Shown here in pieces: positions 38,314-46,107 of a stretch of DNA of 62,866 nt; positions within the stretch are counted from its first letter, which is position 1; every line of letters starts with the position of its first letter. The translations under genes and the position numbers were made by a program. The notes beneath the pieces are model-generated. The model was not told the origin of the DNA and ran no database searches. It was given only the letters and a program-made list of their open reading frames with translations. This DNA is from a virus (lineage: Duplodnaviria > Caudoviricetes): positions 1-62,866 of IMG/VR virus record IMGVR_UViG_3300006030_000030; one strand, given 5' to 3'.

Positions 38314-38646
38314 ATGAAAACAGAAAAAGAAATACTCGCTATAGCCGAAACCTGCGCTGGAGGACCAGCGTTTCCGAGCACAATGACAGACGACACCCTG
38401 CACGTACCCGGCATGACCCTGCGCGACTACTTTGCGGTACATAGCACGCAGCCCGGAGTGTCAGAGATTTGCAGTGCCGCAGGAGTAGCTTGCGATGGGC
38501 AATGTGTAGAGGTTGATGGCCAACACCTTAGGTTTGATAAGTGGTGGCAATCGCTTAGTAATACTCGTCGGTTTGATCTGTGCGCAAAGGTTAGATATGC
38601 GCAGGCAGACGCCATGCTCGCCGCCGCAAAGGAGAAGCAATCATGA
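38314..38646 (+). CDS. Phage protein with GGPAFP..GMTLRDYFA motif
   Basis: Common small phage family; strong RBS. Confidence 0.75.
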   Translation: MKTEKEILAIAETCAGGPAFPSTMTDDTLHVPGMTLRDYFAVHSTQPGVSEICSAAGVACDGQCVEVDGQHLRFDKWWQSLSNTRRFDLCAKVRYAQADAMLAAAKEKQS

Positions 38647-38912
38647 GCATTAAGCCTGTGGCGTGGATGCACGCAAGCGGCAGTGTCATCACTGCGGTAG
38701 AGAAAACAAAACAAGAGAGGGCATCGAGCATTCAAGGGGCAATGGTGTCAGGGTATAACATCCCGCTCTACGCTATCCCAGACACGCACAGGGTTGTGAG
38801 TGTCGAAACTCTGCTGCGATGGCGCAGCGGGCTTGTCTCCGGCAATCAAGCGTATTGCCTTGTGCCACCTGCTGAAATCCAAGCAATCATCGAGGACAAG
38901 GAGAACACATAA
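38643..38912 (+). CDS. Hypothetical protein (PVAW..PLY)
   Basis: 89 aa, coupled. Confidence 0.65.
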   Translation: MSIKPVAWMHASGSVITAVEKTKQERASSIQGAMVSGYNIPLYAIPDTHRVVSVETLLRWRSGLVSGNQAYCLVPPAEIQAIIEDKENT

Positions 38913-39091
38913 TGTCGAACACTACCGCAGTAAGATGCAAAAAGTGCCTTGTCCCGTACAAGCCGCAGGAAAATACGTTTGAAAAAGTGCAAGCGTGCGA
39001 ATGCGCTGACCCCGATATGCCCGTAACGCTGAAAATGTCTCCGGGCCTGTTTGATTTTATTTTCCGCGCAGCCAAGAAGGAGCCGCGATGA
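38912..39091 (+). CDS. Small Cys-containing protein (59 aa, not in the ORF track)
   Basis: AAGGAG RBS; CKKC..CEC; coupled at both ends. Confidence 0.55.
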   Translation: MSNTTAVRCKKCLVPYKPQENTFEKVQACECADPDMPVTLKMSPGLFDFIFRAAKKEPR

Positions 39092-39396
39092 TGTTTACTG
39101 ATAGAGAATGGTTTGAAGCAAAGTGCTTCGGCCAGTACGAGCAACGCGAAAACCGCGAGGAGGTTGTGGTGTTTCGGCGCGAAGACCTGTGCGCCTACGT
39201 CACGATGCTGCGCCAGTATGATGCCGCTACGCGGCATGAACAATTTATCGGACTGACACTGGAAGAAGTGGAGGACGTCATCAAGTCCAACATCACGATC
39301 ACCGATCAGCGGTTGTATGAAGGCGTCTATGCAGTAGCGGTGGACATCGAGGCGGCGCTGAAGAACAGGAACACAATCACTGGAGACAACAATTGA
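39088..39396 (+). CDS. Hypothetical protein
   Basis: 102 aa; GLT.EE..IEAALK..N C-terminus. Confidence 0.65.
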   Translation: MMFTDREWFEAKCFGQYEQRENREEVVVFRREDLCAYVTMLRQYDAATRHEQFIGLTLEEVEDVIKSNITITDQRLYEGVYAVAVDIEAALKNRNTITGDNN

Positions 39397-39578
39397 GAGC
39401 CAACCTCTATTATAGTAACCTGAGCAGGAAAGCGGTAAAGACAGAAAGCGCTGACGAAGAAAGAAAGAAATTGGAAGAAGCGATCAAAAAGTACCTTGCT
39501 AACGGTGGCAAGATCACCGTAATCCCGGCAGGCGTGACGAGACTGTCGCTTAATGATGAAACAGAAAGAGATAACTAA
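39393..39578 (+). CDS. SutA-like RNA polymerase-binding small protein
   Basis: ERKKLEEAIKKYLANGGKITVIP resembles the SutA core (ER..L..AMEEFL..GGKV..I, from recall). Confidence 0.55.
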   Translation: MRANLYYSNLSRKAVKTESADEERKKLEEAIKKYLANGGKITVIPAGVTRLSLNDETERDN

Positions 39579-39590
39579 AACGGAGCAATC

Positions 39591-39974
39591 ATGACACACC
39601 CACTGCAACAAGTGTTTGACCAAGCGATACAGCAGGCCACCAAGGGCAAAGGCGAAAGACATGGCGGCGACACCACGCCGTTCCTAGAGCAGCCGTGGGT
39701 ACACTACGGCAAGATGCACGGTCGGGGGTTCTTGACCGGGCAGGCAGCTAAGAAGTTAGAAGAAGCGGCCAGCACCCGTGAGGGAGATGCGTTCGTGCAA
39801 GAAGCACTGGGGGCGATTGTGTATATCGCAATGGCTGTTTTGAAGGAGCAGGAAAGGAAGGAAGTCGTTGTGCCGCCAGCTGCTATTCGTCGGTGCTCAC
39901 ACATAGACTCGTCAGGCAATCGCTGCAGGGGGAGTTCCGGCCACGGTGGCCGACACAGCAGCAAGGGGAGGTGA
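39591..39974 (+). CDS. Conserved alpha-helical phage protein
   Basis: QA..GKG.RH..PF..QP..GQA.KK..E.LGAI.Y. Confidence 0.7.
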   Translation: MTHPLQQVFDQAIQQATKGKGERHGGDTTPFLEQPWVHYGKMHGRGFLTGQAAKKLEEAASTREGDAFVQEALGAIVYIAMAVLKEQERKEVVVPPAAIRRCSHIDSSGNRCRGSSGHGGRHSSKGR

Positions 39975-39977
39975 GTG

Positions 39978-40154
39978 GTGAGTGACAACGTGAGGGTACT
40001 GGGCTCAGTGTTTAGATCAGAGGAGCAGCTGAGGGGGGAGATCCGGGAGGTGGTCAGGAAATACAACGGGCGGATATCCTACGCGCAGCTTCTTGGACTA
40101 CTGGAGATACTGAAGTATGAGTATTTACGGGACGGGTGTACGGGAGATGAGTGA
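39978..40154 (+). CDS. Small hypothetical protein (not in the ORF track)
   Basis: GTG start after GGAGG; ends ISYAQLLGLLEILKYE.. Confidence 0.5.
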   Translation: MSDNVRVLGSVFRSEEQLRGEIREVVRKYNGRISYAQLLGLLEILKYEYLRDGCTGDE

Positions 40155-40182
40155 TGAACAAACACATAAAGGAGATCACAGA

Positions 40183-40446
40183 ATGAAGACCAACAATGAA
40201 ACGATACACCATGCTCACGCACTTGACCTGCTCGACTACTTTGCGGCGGCCGCCCTGCAGGGCATTGTGGCGAACCCCGAGCACACGCATTTGACAATTC
40301 CGCAGGTTGCGAAGATGGCGTACACGTTCGCCAAGACCATGCTGACCGAAAAAACAATGCGTGTGCTCGGGGATGGGTCACACACAACGGATCAACAGGA
40401 GGTGGAGCTGGATGCTAAGCAATCGACCCAGCAGTGTGCCGGATAA
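40183..40446 (+). CDS. LLDYFAAAALQG-family small protein, related to the 38314 gene
   Basis: ATG 40183 after AAAGGAG. Confidence 0.65.
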   Translation: MKTNNETIHHAHALDLLDYFAAAALQGIVANPEHTHLTIPQVAKMAYTFAKTMLTEKTMRVLGDGSHTTDQQEVELDAKQSTQQCAG

Positions 40447-40611
40447 AGAAGACAAGAAGCTGTTGGCAGGCAAGAGCGCCAGTTACATCATCGGCTGGAA
40501 CAAGGTCAAACACAGAGGAGACAAGCATGACACTGCAAGAAATACTGAATCCGTGGAAGGCACTGCGCCGCGCAAAGCTCGAAATCGAAACCCTGCGAAG
40601 GGAGAGGGGAT

Positions 40612-41988
40612 ATGAGATACGGTAGTGTTTGTAGTGGCATTGAGGCAGCAAGTGTGGCGTGGCACCCGCTTGGGTGGGAGGCCGCGTGGCTGGCTGAAAT
40701 TGAACCGTTTCCCTCAGCGGTATTAGGTCATCATTATCCAAGCGTACCCAACTACGGAGACATGACCGCCTTGGCTGACAGAGTCAATAATCTGGAGATT
40801 GAAGCTCCGGATGTGCTGGTCGGCGGTACGCCATGCCAAGCGTTTTCCGTCGCTGGGCTGCGTCAGTCACTGGATGACGATAGGGGACAACTAACAATCA
40901 AGTTTTTGGAGCTTGCTGATGCAATTGACACTGTTCGCAGAAATAGAGGAGAGCCAGAGTGCATTATCGTCTGGGAAAACGTACCCGGCGTCCTATCCAC
41001 AAAAGACAACGCCCTCGGATGCTTTTTGGCAGAGCTTGCCGGAGAAAGTGAGCCGCTGCAGCCGGCAGGGAAAAGATGGTCGGACGCTGGTTGTGTGTAT
41101 GGATCCAAAAGGGCAATCGCGTGGCGAGTCCTCGATGCCCAATATTTCGGCTTGGCCCAACGACGCCGCCGCGTGTTCGTTGTCGCAAGTGCTCGAAACG
41201 GGTTCGATCCCGCAGCGGTTCTTTTTGAGTTCGAAGGCGTGCGCCGGGATACTGCGCCGAGCAGGGAATCGGGGAAAGCAGTTGCCCCCACAATTGCAGG
41301 ATGCGCTAACGGCGGTGGCCTTGGCACCGACTTCGACTGCGATGGGGGAGTGATTCAGCAGTCGATTACTTTTGAGCCGGGATTATTAAAAAGGGAAGGG
41401 ACTCATTTTTATCATGAGCACACGGGGACGATAAGAAGCGATCCCGGTGACAACGCAATGGCCGTTGCATCGGTGGTCTTCCACGAGTCACTGCAAAGCG
41501 CCAGCACAGAAAACCTGTCGCCAGCCTTGGGCGCGATGAATCCAACGGCGGTGTTGCAGCCTGTCTGCGTTACCGGCGACCGCACCCACGCGCTCAAAGC
41601 TGAAGGCTTCGACGGCAGCGAGGACGGCACTGGCAGAGGCCATCCCATCATTGCTTTCCCCGCAAACCTGTCAGCCACACAACACGCCAGCGCCGAAAAC
41701 ATTGCGCCAGCGATGGGGGCGAAGAATCCGACGGCGGTGGCAATGCAGGCTGGGAAGCAGCACGGTGTCGGTACCGCCATGCAAGTCCGCCGCCTCACGC
41801 CCGTGGAGTGCGAACGCCTGCAAGGCTTCCCCGACAACTACACCGCCATCCCGTGGCGCAAGAAACCCGCAGACGAATGCTCGGACGGCTCGCGATACAA
41901 GGCGTTGGGAAATTCAATGGCCGTTCCGGTGATGGCGTGGATTGGCAGTCGTATTGATCAAGAAACCAGACTGCGAGAGACGAAATGA
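40612..41988 (+). CDS. C5-cytosine DNA methyltransferase
   Basis: Motif I SVCSGIE, IV GGTPCQ, VI ENVPG, VIII QRRRRVF, IX RRLTPVECERLQGF, X LGNS. Confidence 0.95.
   Translation: MRYGSVCSGIEAASVAWHPLGWEAAWLAEIEPFPSAVLGHHYPSVPNYGDMTALADRVNNLEIEAPDVLVGGTPCQAFSVAGLRQSLDDDRGQLTIKFLELADAIDTVRRNRGEPECIIVWENVPGVLSTKDNALGCFLAELAGESEPLQPAGKRWSDAGCVYGSKRAIAWRVLDAQYFGLAQRRRRVFVVASARNGFDPAAVLFEFEGVRRDTAPSRESGKAVAPTIAGCANGGGLGTDFDCDGGVIQQSITFEPGLLKREGTHFYHEHTGTIRSDPGDNAMAVASVVFHESLQSASTENLSPALGAMNPTAVLQPVCVTGDRTHALKAEGFDGSEDGTGRGHPIIAFPANLSATQHASAENIAPAMGAKNPTAVAMQAGKQHGVGTAMQVRRLTPVECERLQGFPDNYTAIPWRKKPADECSDGSRYKALGNSMAVPVMAWIGSRIDQETRLRETK
40913..41353 (+). CDS. Overprinted alternative-frame ORF resembling the M.EcoHK31I beta polypeptide
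   Basis: 146 aa inside the MTase; CSLSQVLET..FLS..GILRRA..RGKQLP..L..AL. Similarity from recall; start uncertain. Confidence 0.55.
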   Translation: MLMQLTLFAEIEESQSALSSGKTYPASYPQKTTPSDAFWQSLPEKVSRCSRQGKDGRTLVVCMDPKGQSRGESSMPNISAWPNDAAACSLSQVLETGSIPQRFFLSSKACAGILRRAGNRGKQLPPQLQDALTAVALAPTSTAMGE

Positions 41989-42113
41989 AAAAACGCATTC
42001 ACGTCAATCAACATCACATCCGCGCCAATGCCAAGGGCGCCCAGCTGCCCGTGCTCACGGTCAAGACCTACAAGGGCAACACCCTGTGCAATAGTGTCGA
42101 GGTCCGCGGCCCG
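41985..42113 (+). pseudogene. 5' half of a small phage gene split by an insertion
   Basis: MKKRIHVNQH.IRAN..PVLTVKTYKGN..VEVRGP; read-through stops at 42134 inside the insert. Confidence 0.7.
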
Positions 42114-42135
42114 ACGCAGATAATGCGCACATGAT

Positions 42136-42161
42136 GACAATGAATCTACAGACTATGAGTA
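42136..42161 (-). promoter_or_regulatory. C-protein operator (paired C-boxes) of a PvuII-type R-M system
   Basis: Minus strand TACTCATAGTC-TGTA-GATTCATTGTC fits the GACTnnnAGTC-TGTA-GACTnnnAGTC architecture. Confidence 0.7.
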
Positions 42162-42168
42162 GCAGCCC

Positions 42169-43245
42169 ATGTTGATGAAAGTAAAAACCGCGCCCGCTTA
42201 TTACACCGCCAAGGGTGGTGCATACATAGGGGACTCGATAGAGCTTCTAAGTGAGCTGCCAGATGAAAGTGTCAATCTGGTTATCACAAGCCCACCGTTT
42301 GCTCTGCAGCGCCAGAAGGAGTATGGCAACCTGGATCAACATGCATATATCGATTGGTTTGTAGAATTTGCCCGAATTGTTCATAGAAAACTCCGAAAAG
42401 ATGGGAGCTTCGTTGTCGATTTCGGGGGCGCTTATATGAAAGGTGTCCCGGTGCGTAGTCTCTATAACTTTCGTGTGCTAATTCGATTGGTTGATGAGCT
42501 GGGGTATTTTCTTGCTGAAGATTTTTATTGGTTCAATCCTTCTAAGCTACCTAGTCCGATTGAGTGGGTGAATAAGAGAAAGCTTCGAGTAAAGGATTCA
42601 ATTAATACGGTGTGGTGGTTCAGCAAAACCGAATGGCCGAAATCTGACATCACTAAAGTGCTCGCACCATATAGTGAACGAATGAAGAAGCTAATCGAAG
42701 ACCCTGATAAATTCTATACGCCAAAAGTTCGTCCATCAGGGCACGATATTGGCAAAGGATTCGCCAAAGATAATGGTGGAGCTATTCCCCCAAACTTACT
42801 TCAAATATCAAATTCCGAATCCAACGGACTATATCTTTCCGGATGTAAGGCAGTAGGAGTAAAAGGACATCCAGCCAGATTTCCCGCAAAGCTTCCTGAG
42901 TTTTTTATACGAATGTTGACTGAGCCAAATGATCTTGTTGTAGACATTTTTGGTGGCTCCAATACTACGGGGCAAGTAGCAGAACAAGAAGGTCGCCGAT
43001 GGATGTCTTTCGAAATGTCGCCCGAATATGTGGCAGCTTCGTCCTTTCGACTTTTGGATAAAAATACCCCTGTCGACGTAATGACTTTTATTTACGAAAA
43101 AGTTCTCGCCGGTGAATCGATTAATATCGATGAGTTCGTTCGCCAGTCACGTCTAGATTTGCGCGAGGAATCTGCTCCTAACAAACCAAGCAACTTCGTG
43201 CGCAAAAAGCGCGCACCGGACGCGGCAAGCCGCGCCGGTTCTTAG
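42169..43245 (+). CDS. Beta-class N4-cytosine DNA methyltransferase, M.PvuII-like (predicted site CAGCTG)
   Basis: TSPPF catalytic motif, HPARFP, DIFGGSNTT; long stretches match M.PvuII as I recall it; C-terminus reads into the attC. Confidence 0.88.
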   Translation: MLMKVKTAPAYYTAKGGAYIGDSIELLSELPDESVNLVITSPPFALQRQKEYGNLDQHAYIDWFVEFARIVHRKLRKDGSFVVDFGGAYMKGVPVRSLYNFRVLIRLVDELGYFLAEDFYWFNPSKLPSPIEWVNKRKLRVKDSINTVWWFSKTEWPKSDITKVLAPYSERMKKLIEDPDKFYTPKVRPSGHDIGKGFAKDNGGAIPPNLLQISNSESNGLYLSGCKAVGVKGHPARFPAKLPEFFIRMLTEPNDLVVDIFGGSNTTGQVAEQEGRRWMSFEMSPEYVAASSFRLLDKNTPVDVMTFIYEKVLAGESINIDEFVRQSRLDLREESAPNKPSNFVRKKRAPDAASRAGS

Positions 43246-43256
43246 GGGCGTTACGT
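43176..43256 (+). other. Integron attC recombination site
   Basis: R'' TCCTAAC, L'' AAG(C)AAC pairing with L' GTTCTT, inner CGG(A)CGCGGC/GCCGCGCCG stem, R' GTTACGT; both extrahelical bases present. Confidence 0.8.
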
Positions 43257-43328
43257 GCACGAGCACTTTCCGAACCAAGAGCCAGCGGCAGGCATGAACC
43301 CTATGAAATTGGCCCGATTGATTGCAAT

Positions 43329-43418
43329 TGCAAGGTGGTCTACCGACCTGACAATCCGTTGTCATGTGGTGCCAAGGTCTGGATCGAGACAGAGGCTGAA
43401 GTGGTGACAGGAGACTGA
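43329..43418 (+). pseudogene. 3' half of the split phage gene
   Basis: CKVVYRPDNPLSCGAKVWIETEAEVVTGD*, the expected continuation of the 41985 ORF family. Confidence 0.7.
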
Positions 43419-43534
43419 CTTACCTCCTGTTCATAGCAGTTGTCACATGGCCTCTGACTGCTTGGTTGTACATACATGGCCGATTTTAAACACGCAAAAA
43501 CATTTACAAGAACACCCAAGAAAGGAGATTCAAG

Positions 43535-43837
43535 ATGACGAAAGACGAGGAGATGGAGAAATTAACGAAACTAACCGGCTTGGACTTCGAGGCCCTCGAC
43601 AAGGAGTACGACCAACTGCAAAAGCTGGTTCTGCAGTTTGACCCCACCCGCGTCATGATGCTGCTGTCCACCTGCCTGATTCACCACAGCCGGTGCCGAG
43701 GAATCGACCCCGGCACGCTGCTCGGGGCTCTGTGCGAGATATGGAATATCACCCGCGACGAGGAGACAGAGGGGTTTATCGGGGTGGCCAAAGCCAAGGC
43801 AGCCGCAGTGATGGACACGGACGGGAAGCTTCATTGA
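43535..43837 (+). CDS. Hypothetical protein
   Basis: 100 aa, AAAGGAG RBS. Confidence 0.7.
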   Translation: MTKDEEMEKLTKLTGLDFEALDKEYDQLQKLVLQFDPTRVMMLLSTCLIHHSRCRGIDPGTLLGALCEIWNITRDEETEGFIGVAKAKAAAVMDTDGKLH

Positions 43838-43969
43838 GAGGCGGGGGCAAGGGATGCCGTTTAAGGCTCCTGTGGTGAGATTTGGGACGTTTTAGGGGGT
43901 AGGGGGAAGGAGAGCGTTTTGAGAGGGGCGAGAGAGCAGGGGTCGCGGGTCGAGGATCGGGGGGAAAGA

Positions 43970-44032
43970 TCGAGGTTCGAGGTTCGCGGCTCGAGGTTCG
44001 CGGCTCGAGGTTCGCGGCTCGAGGATCGCGGG
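43970..44032 (+). repeat. Non-coding tandem repeat, 14-bp unit with 7-bp sub-period
   Basis: TCGAGGTTCGCGGC x3 exact (43977-44018) plus degenerate flanks. Confidence 0.9.
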
Positions 44033-44216
44033 TTGGGGGTCAAGGGGAGAGGGGAAAGGACCGCGGCCCGGGGCTCCAGAGGGGCAAAAAGGCAGTTGCC
44101 CTACGGATTGTTACGTTTCTGTTTGCTATAGGGAGAAAAAAGCTTGTTTTATGAAAGTGATGAATATGAGTGAAAATTGGTGTGTGTGGTGTAATGAGTG
44201 GTGTTTTGTGTAGATG

Positions 44217-44229
44217 AATCAAGGGTTTA
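44217..44229 (+). promoter_or_regulatory. IHF consensus site in an AT-rich intergenic region
   Basis: AATCAAGGGTTTA matches WATCAANNNNTTR. Confidence 0.5.
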
Positions 44230-44429
44230 GGTATTACACACAGTGAAATGAGTAAAAACAGGTGATGTGATGGTAAATTGTGGTCAAGAGAGGGTATGGA
44301 ACACAATATGTAGGATTAGTGAGAAGAGTTATCATCTTCTCTATCTACGGGGCGTTTTCGTATAATCATAAATTTCATGAAACAAGCTTTTTTGACCCTA
44401 TATAGAAAAAGCATTACGACGGAGGTGAG

Positions 44430-44735
44430 ATGCCTTTACTGTACGACCAGCCGGGCAAGTTCCTGTGGAAAAACCGGTGCAAAGAATGGCCCGTGGAATG
44501 GGGCACGAATGGAGGTAAGACCCTGTATCCATTGGAGAAAATGCAGGTGGGAGACTACTTCCTTGTTCCCTTGGAAGAGAACAGGCTTGCCAAGGTACAT
44601 CAGGCCGTAGCTCGCTGGACACTGAGGTGGAAGGCCAAGTGGGAGGAGCGCCGCCCGGGCAAACCATTCCCAGAGTTCTCCTGCCGGCTGTCCCGGGAGT
44701 TTCCCGGGGCATACGTATGTCGAAGGGTAAAATAG
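44430..44735 (+). CDS. Small protein with YPL.KM.VGD.F motif
   Basis: GGAGGTG RBS; paralogue of the next gene. Confidence 0.7.
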   Translation: MPLLYDQPGKFLWKNRCKEWPVEWGTNGGKTLYPLEKMQVGDYFLVPLEENRLAKVHQAVARWTLRWKAKWEERRPGKPFPEFSCRLSREFPGAYVCRRVK

Positions 44736-44745
44736 GGGAGCAAAG

Positions 44746-45015
44746 ATGCCTGTTTTCGATGACACAGAGAATCACCATCTGCTCTGGCCCGGGTGCAAAA
44801 TGCACTTTGTGGTCGAGACGCCGGCTACCAAGTCAGGACTCTGGTTCCCGTTAAAGGACATGAGGCGGGGAGACTATTTGGAGCTTGTGGAGGAGGAAGA
44901 GCTGGTTGCTTGCCGCCAGATGGTAGGCTACTGGAATCGCACAAACGACAGCAAATTTACGATACGTTTCGACAGGTCCCAAGAGGGGACACACATTTGC
45001 AGGAGGGTGATTTAG
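44746..45015 (+). CDS. Small protein with FPL.DM..GD motif
   Basis: GGGGAG RBS; ends ICRRV like the upstream paralogue. Confidence 0.7.
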   Translation: MPVFDDTENHHLLWPGCKMHFVVETPATKSGLWFPLKDMRRGDYLELVEEEELVACRQMVGYWNRTNDSKFTIRFDRSQEGTHICRRVI

Positions 45016-45699
45016 ATGGTTCGAAGAAGCGAGATTCCAGAGGCACTGAAGAGCGCCCCAACTGACAGGAAGATGTCAACTTGGAAGAAAACCAAGGAGA
45101 AACTCCTGACCCCAGTGCAAAAACCACCGAACAGACCCCTGACGGCGCAGGAGTGGCGATTCGTTCAAGAGATTGTTGCCAGCTTTGGGGAGATCACTCT
45201 GAAGGAGGCCGCCATACGTGCCGGGTACGATCCCCTGAAAGCCAAGGCCAAGGCAGTGGAGCTGACCAACCCCAAGACCTCTGCGCATATTGTTGCTGCC
45301 ATTCAAGAGCATCGGCAGGAAATGGCCGAGGTATACGGCACGACATATGAGCGGCATATGCGAGACCTACAGCGCATTCGCGACGCGGCTCTGCGAGCAG
45401 GGAGCTTTGGAGCGGCAGTGCAGGCGGAATTCCGCCGGGGTCAGGCTCTGGGGACAATCTATGTCGAACGCAAAGAAGTCAGGTACGGCACCATCGATGC
45501 CATGAGCAAGGAAGAGGTCATGAAGGAGCTGGAGCGCTTGAAGGATGTATATGGCTCGGGAAATATTATCGAATTAACGCCTGAGCAGGTCGAGCAGGCA
45601 GTACTGGAGGGGAAGGAATATGCCAGCGAATCCGGAGACGCTGCTGTACCAGCGACTGAGGGACAATCTGCCACAGGATTGCAGGATCACGAGGATTGA
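45016..45699 (+). CDS. terS: Terminase small subunit
   Basis: LTAQEWRFVQE..TLKEAAIRAGY HTH, AAVQAE..RG..G.Y, IDAMSKEEV. Confidence 0.8.
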   Translation: MVRRSEIPEALKSAPTDRKMSTWKKTKEKLLTPVQKPPNRPLTAQEWRFVQEIVASFGEITLKEAAIRAGYDPLKAKAKAVELTNPKTSAHIVAAIQEHRQEMAEVYGTTYERHMRDLQRIRDAALRAGSFGAAVQAEFRRGQALGTIYVERKEVRYGTIDAMSKEEVMKELERLKDVYGSGNIIELTPEQVEQAVLEGKEYASESGDAAVPATEGQSATGLQDHED

Positions 45700-46039
45700 A
45701 TCTCGCGTAGGCCTTGGATTGCCAGACTGTTGGGTGGCCATTGCAGGGCAGGGAATAGCGCTGCTTGAGCTGAAGGTGGTCAAGCGGGGCAAAAAAGTGA
45801 AATTGAGCCCGCACCAGATAGCATTTCACGTCACACACGGAGCAATGCGCGTCCCGTGCTTTATTCTTGTTCAGTACCATCCGCCGAAGTCGCCTACCAT
45901 CAGGGGCGCCCGGTGGCTACTGTATCGATCCGAGCAGGTGATGGACTTAGTGCGTGACGGTGTGGACCTCGCCCCTTGCGCGAGTTGGCCGGCAGATGCA
46001 GTACTGTGGCATATGCTCAAAGGTGAATTGACCTATTGA
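45620..46039 (+). CDS. PD-(D/E)XK nuclease, VRR-NUC / Holliday junction resolvase-like
   Basis: E..L, RIE..GLPD, LELK, LSPHQIAFH. Confidence 0.8.
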   Translation: MPANPETLLYQRLRDNLPQDCRITRIESRVGLGLPDCWVAIAGQGIALLELKVVKRGKKVKLSPHQIAFHVTHGAMRVPCFILVQYHPPKSPTIRGARWLLYRSEQVMDLVRDGVDLAPCASWPADAVLWHMLKGELTY

Positions 46040-46107
46040 CAGCGTGCCAGCGGCGGCGGCAATCTACGCCTTGCCGCAATGGGCGGCGCATATACAGGAG
46101 AACTAAA

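Larger units (their letters stand above)
42114..43328 (+). mobile_element. Captured integron-array fragment: MTase cassette, attC and start of the next cassette
   Basis: Visibly more AT-rich, interrupts a phage gene, contains an attC and an R-M operator. Breakpoints approximate. Confidence 0.75.

Noticed and set aside
38098-38349. Repeat pair differing only at adenines as a DGR template/variable pair
   Set aside because: Only two mismatches, located at gene starts rather than a C-terminal variable region, and no reverse transcriptase was found.
42114-43328. Insert as an IS element, intron or clean IntI-mediated cassette insertion
   Set aside because: No transposase, terminal inverted repeats or intron core; the right junction is about 70 bp beyond the attC GTT and the left junction lacks a GTT core.
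43970-44032. Tandem repeats as a CRISPR array
   Set aside because: Units are contiguous 14-mers with no spacers, and there are no cas genes.
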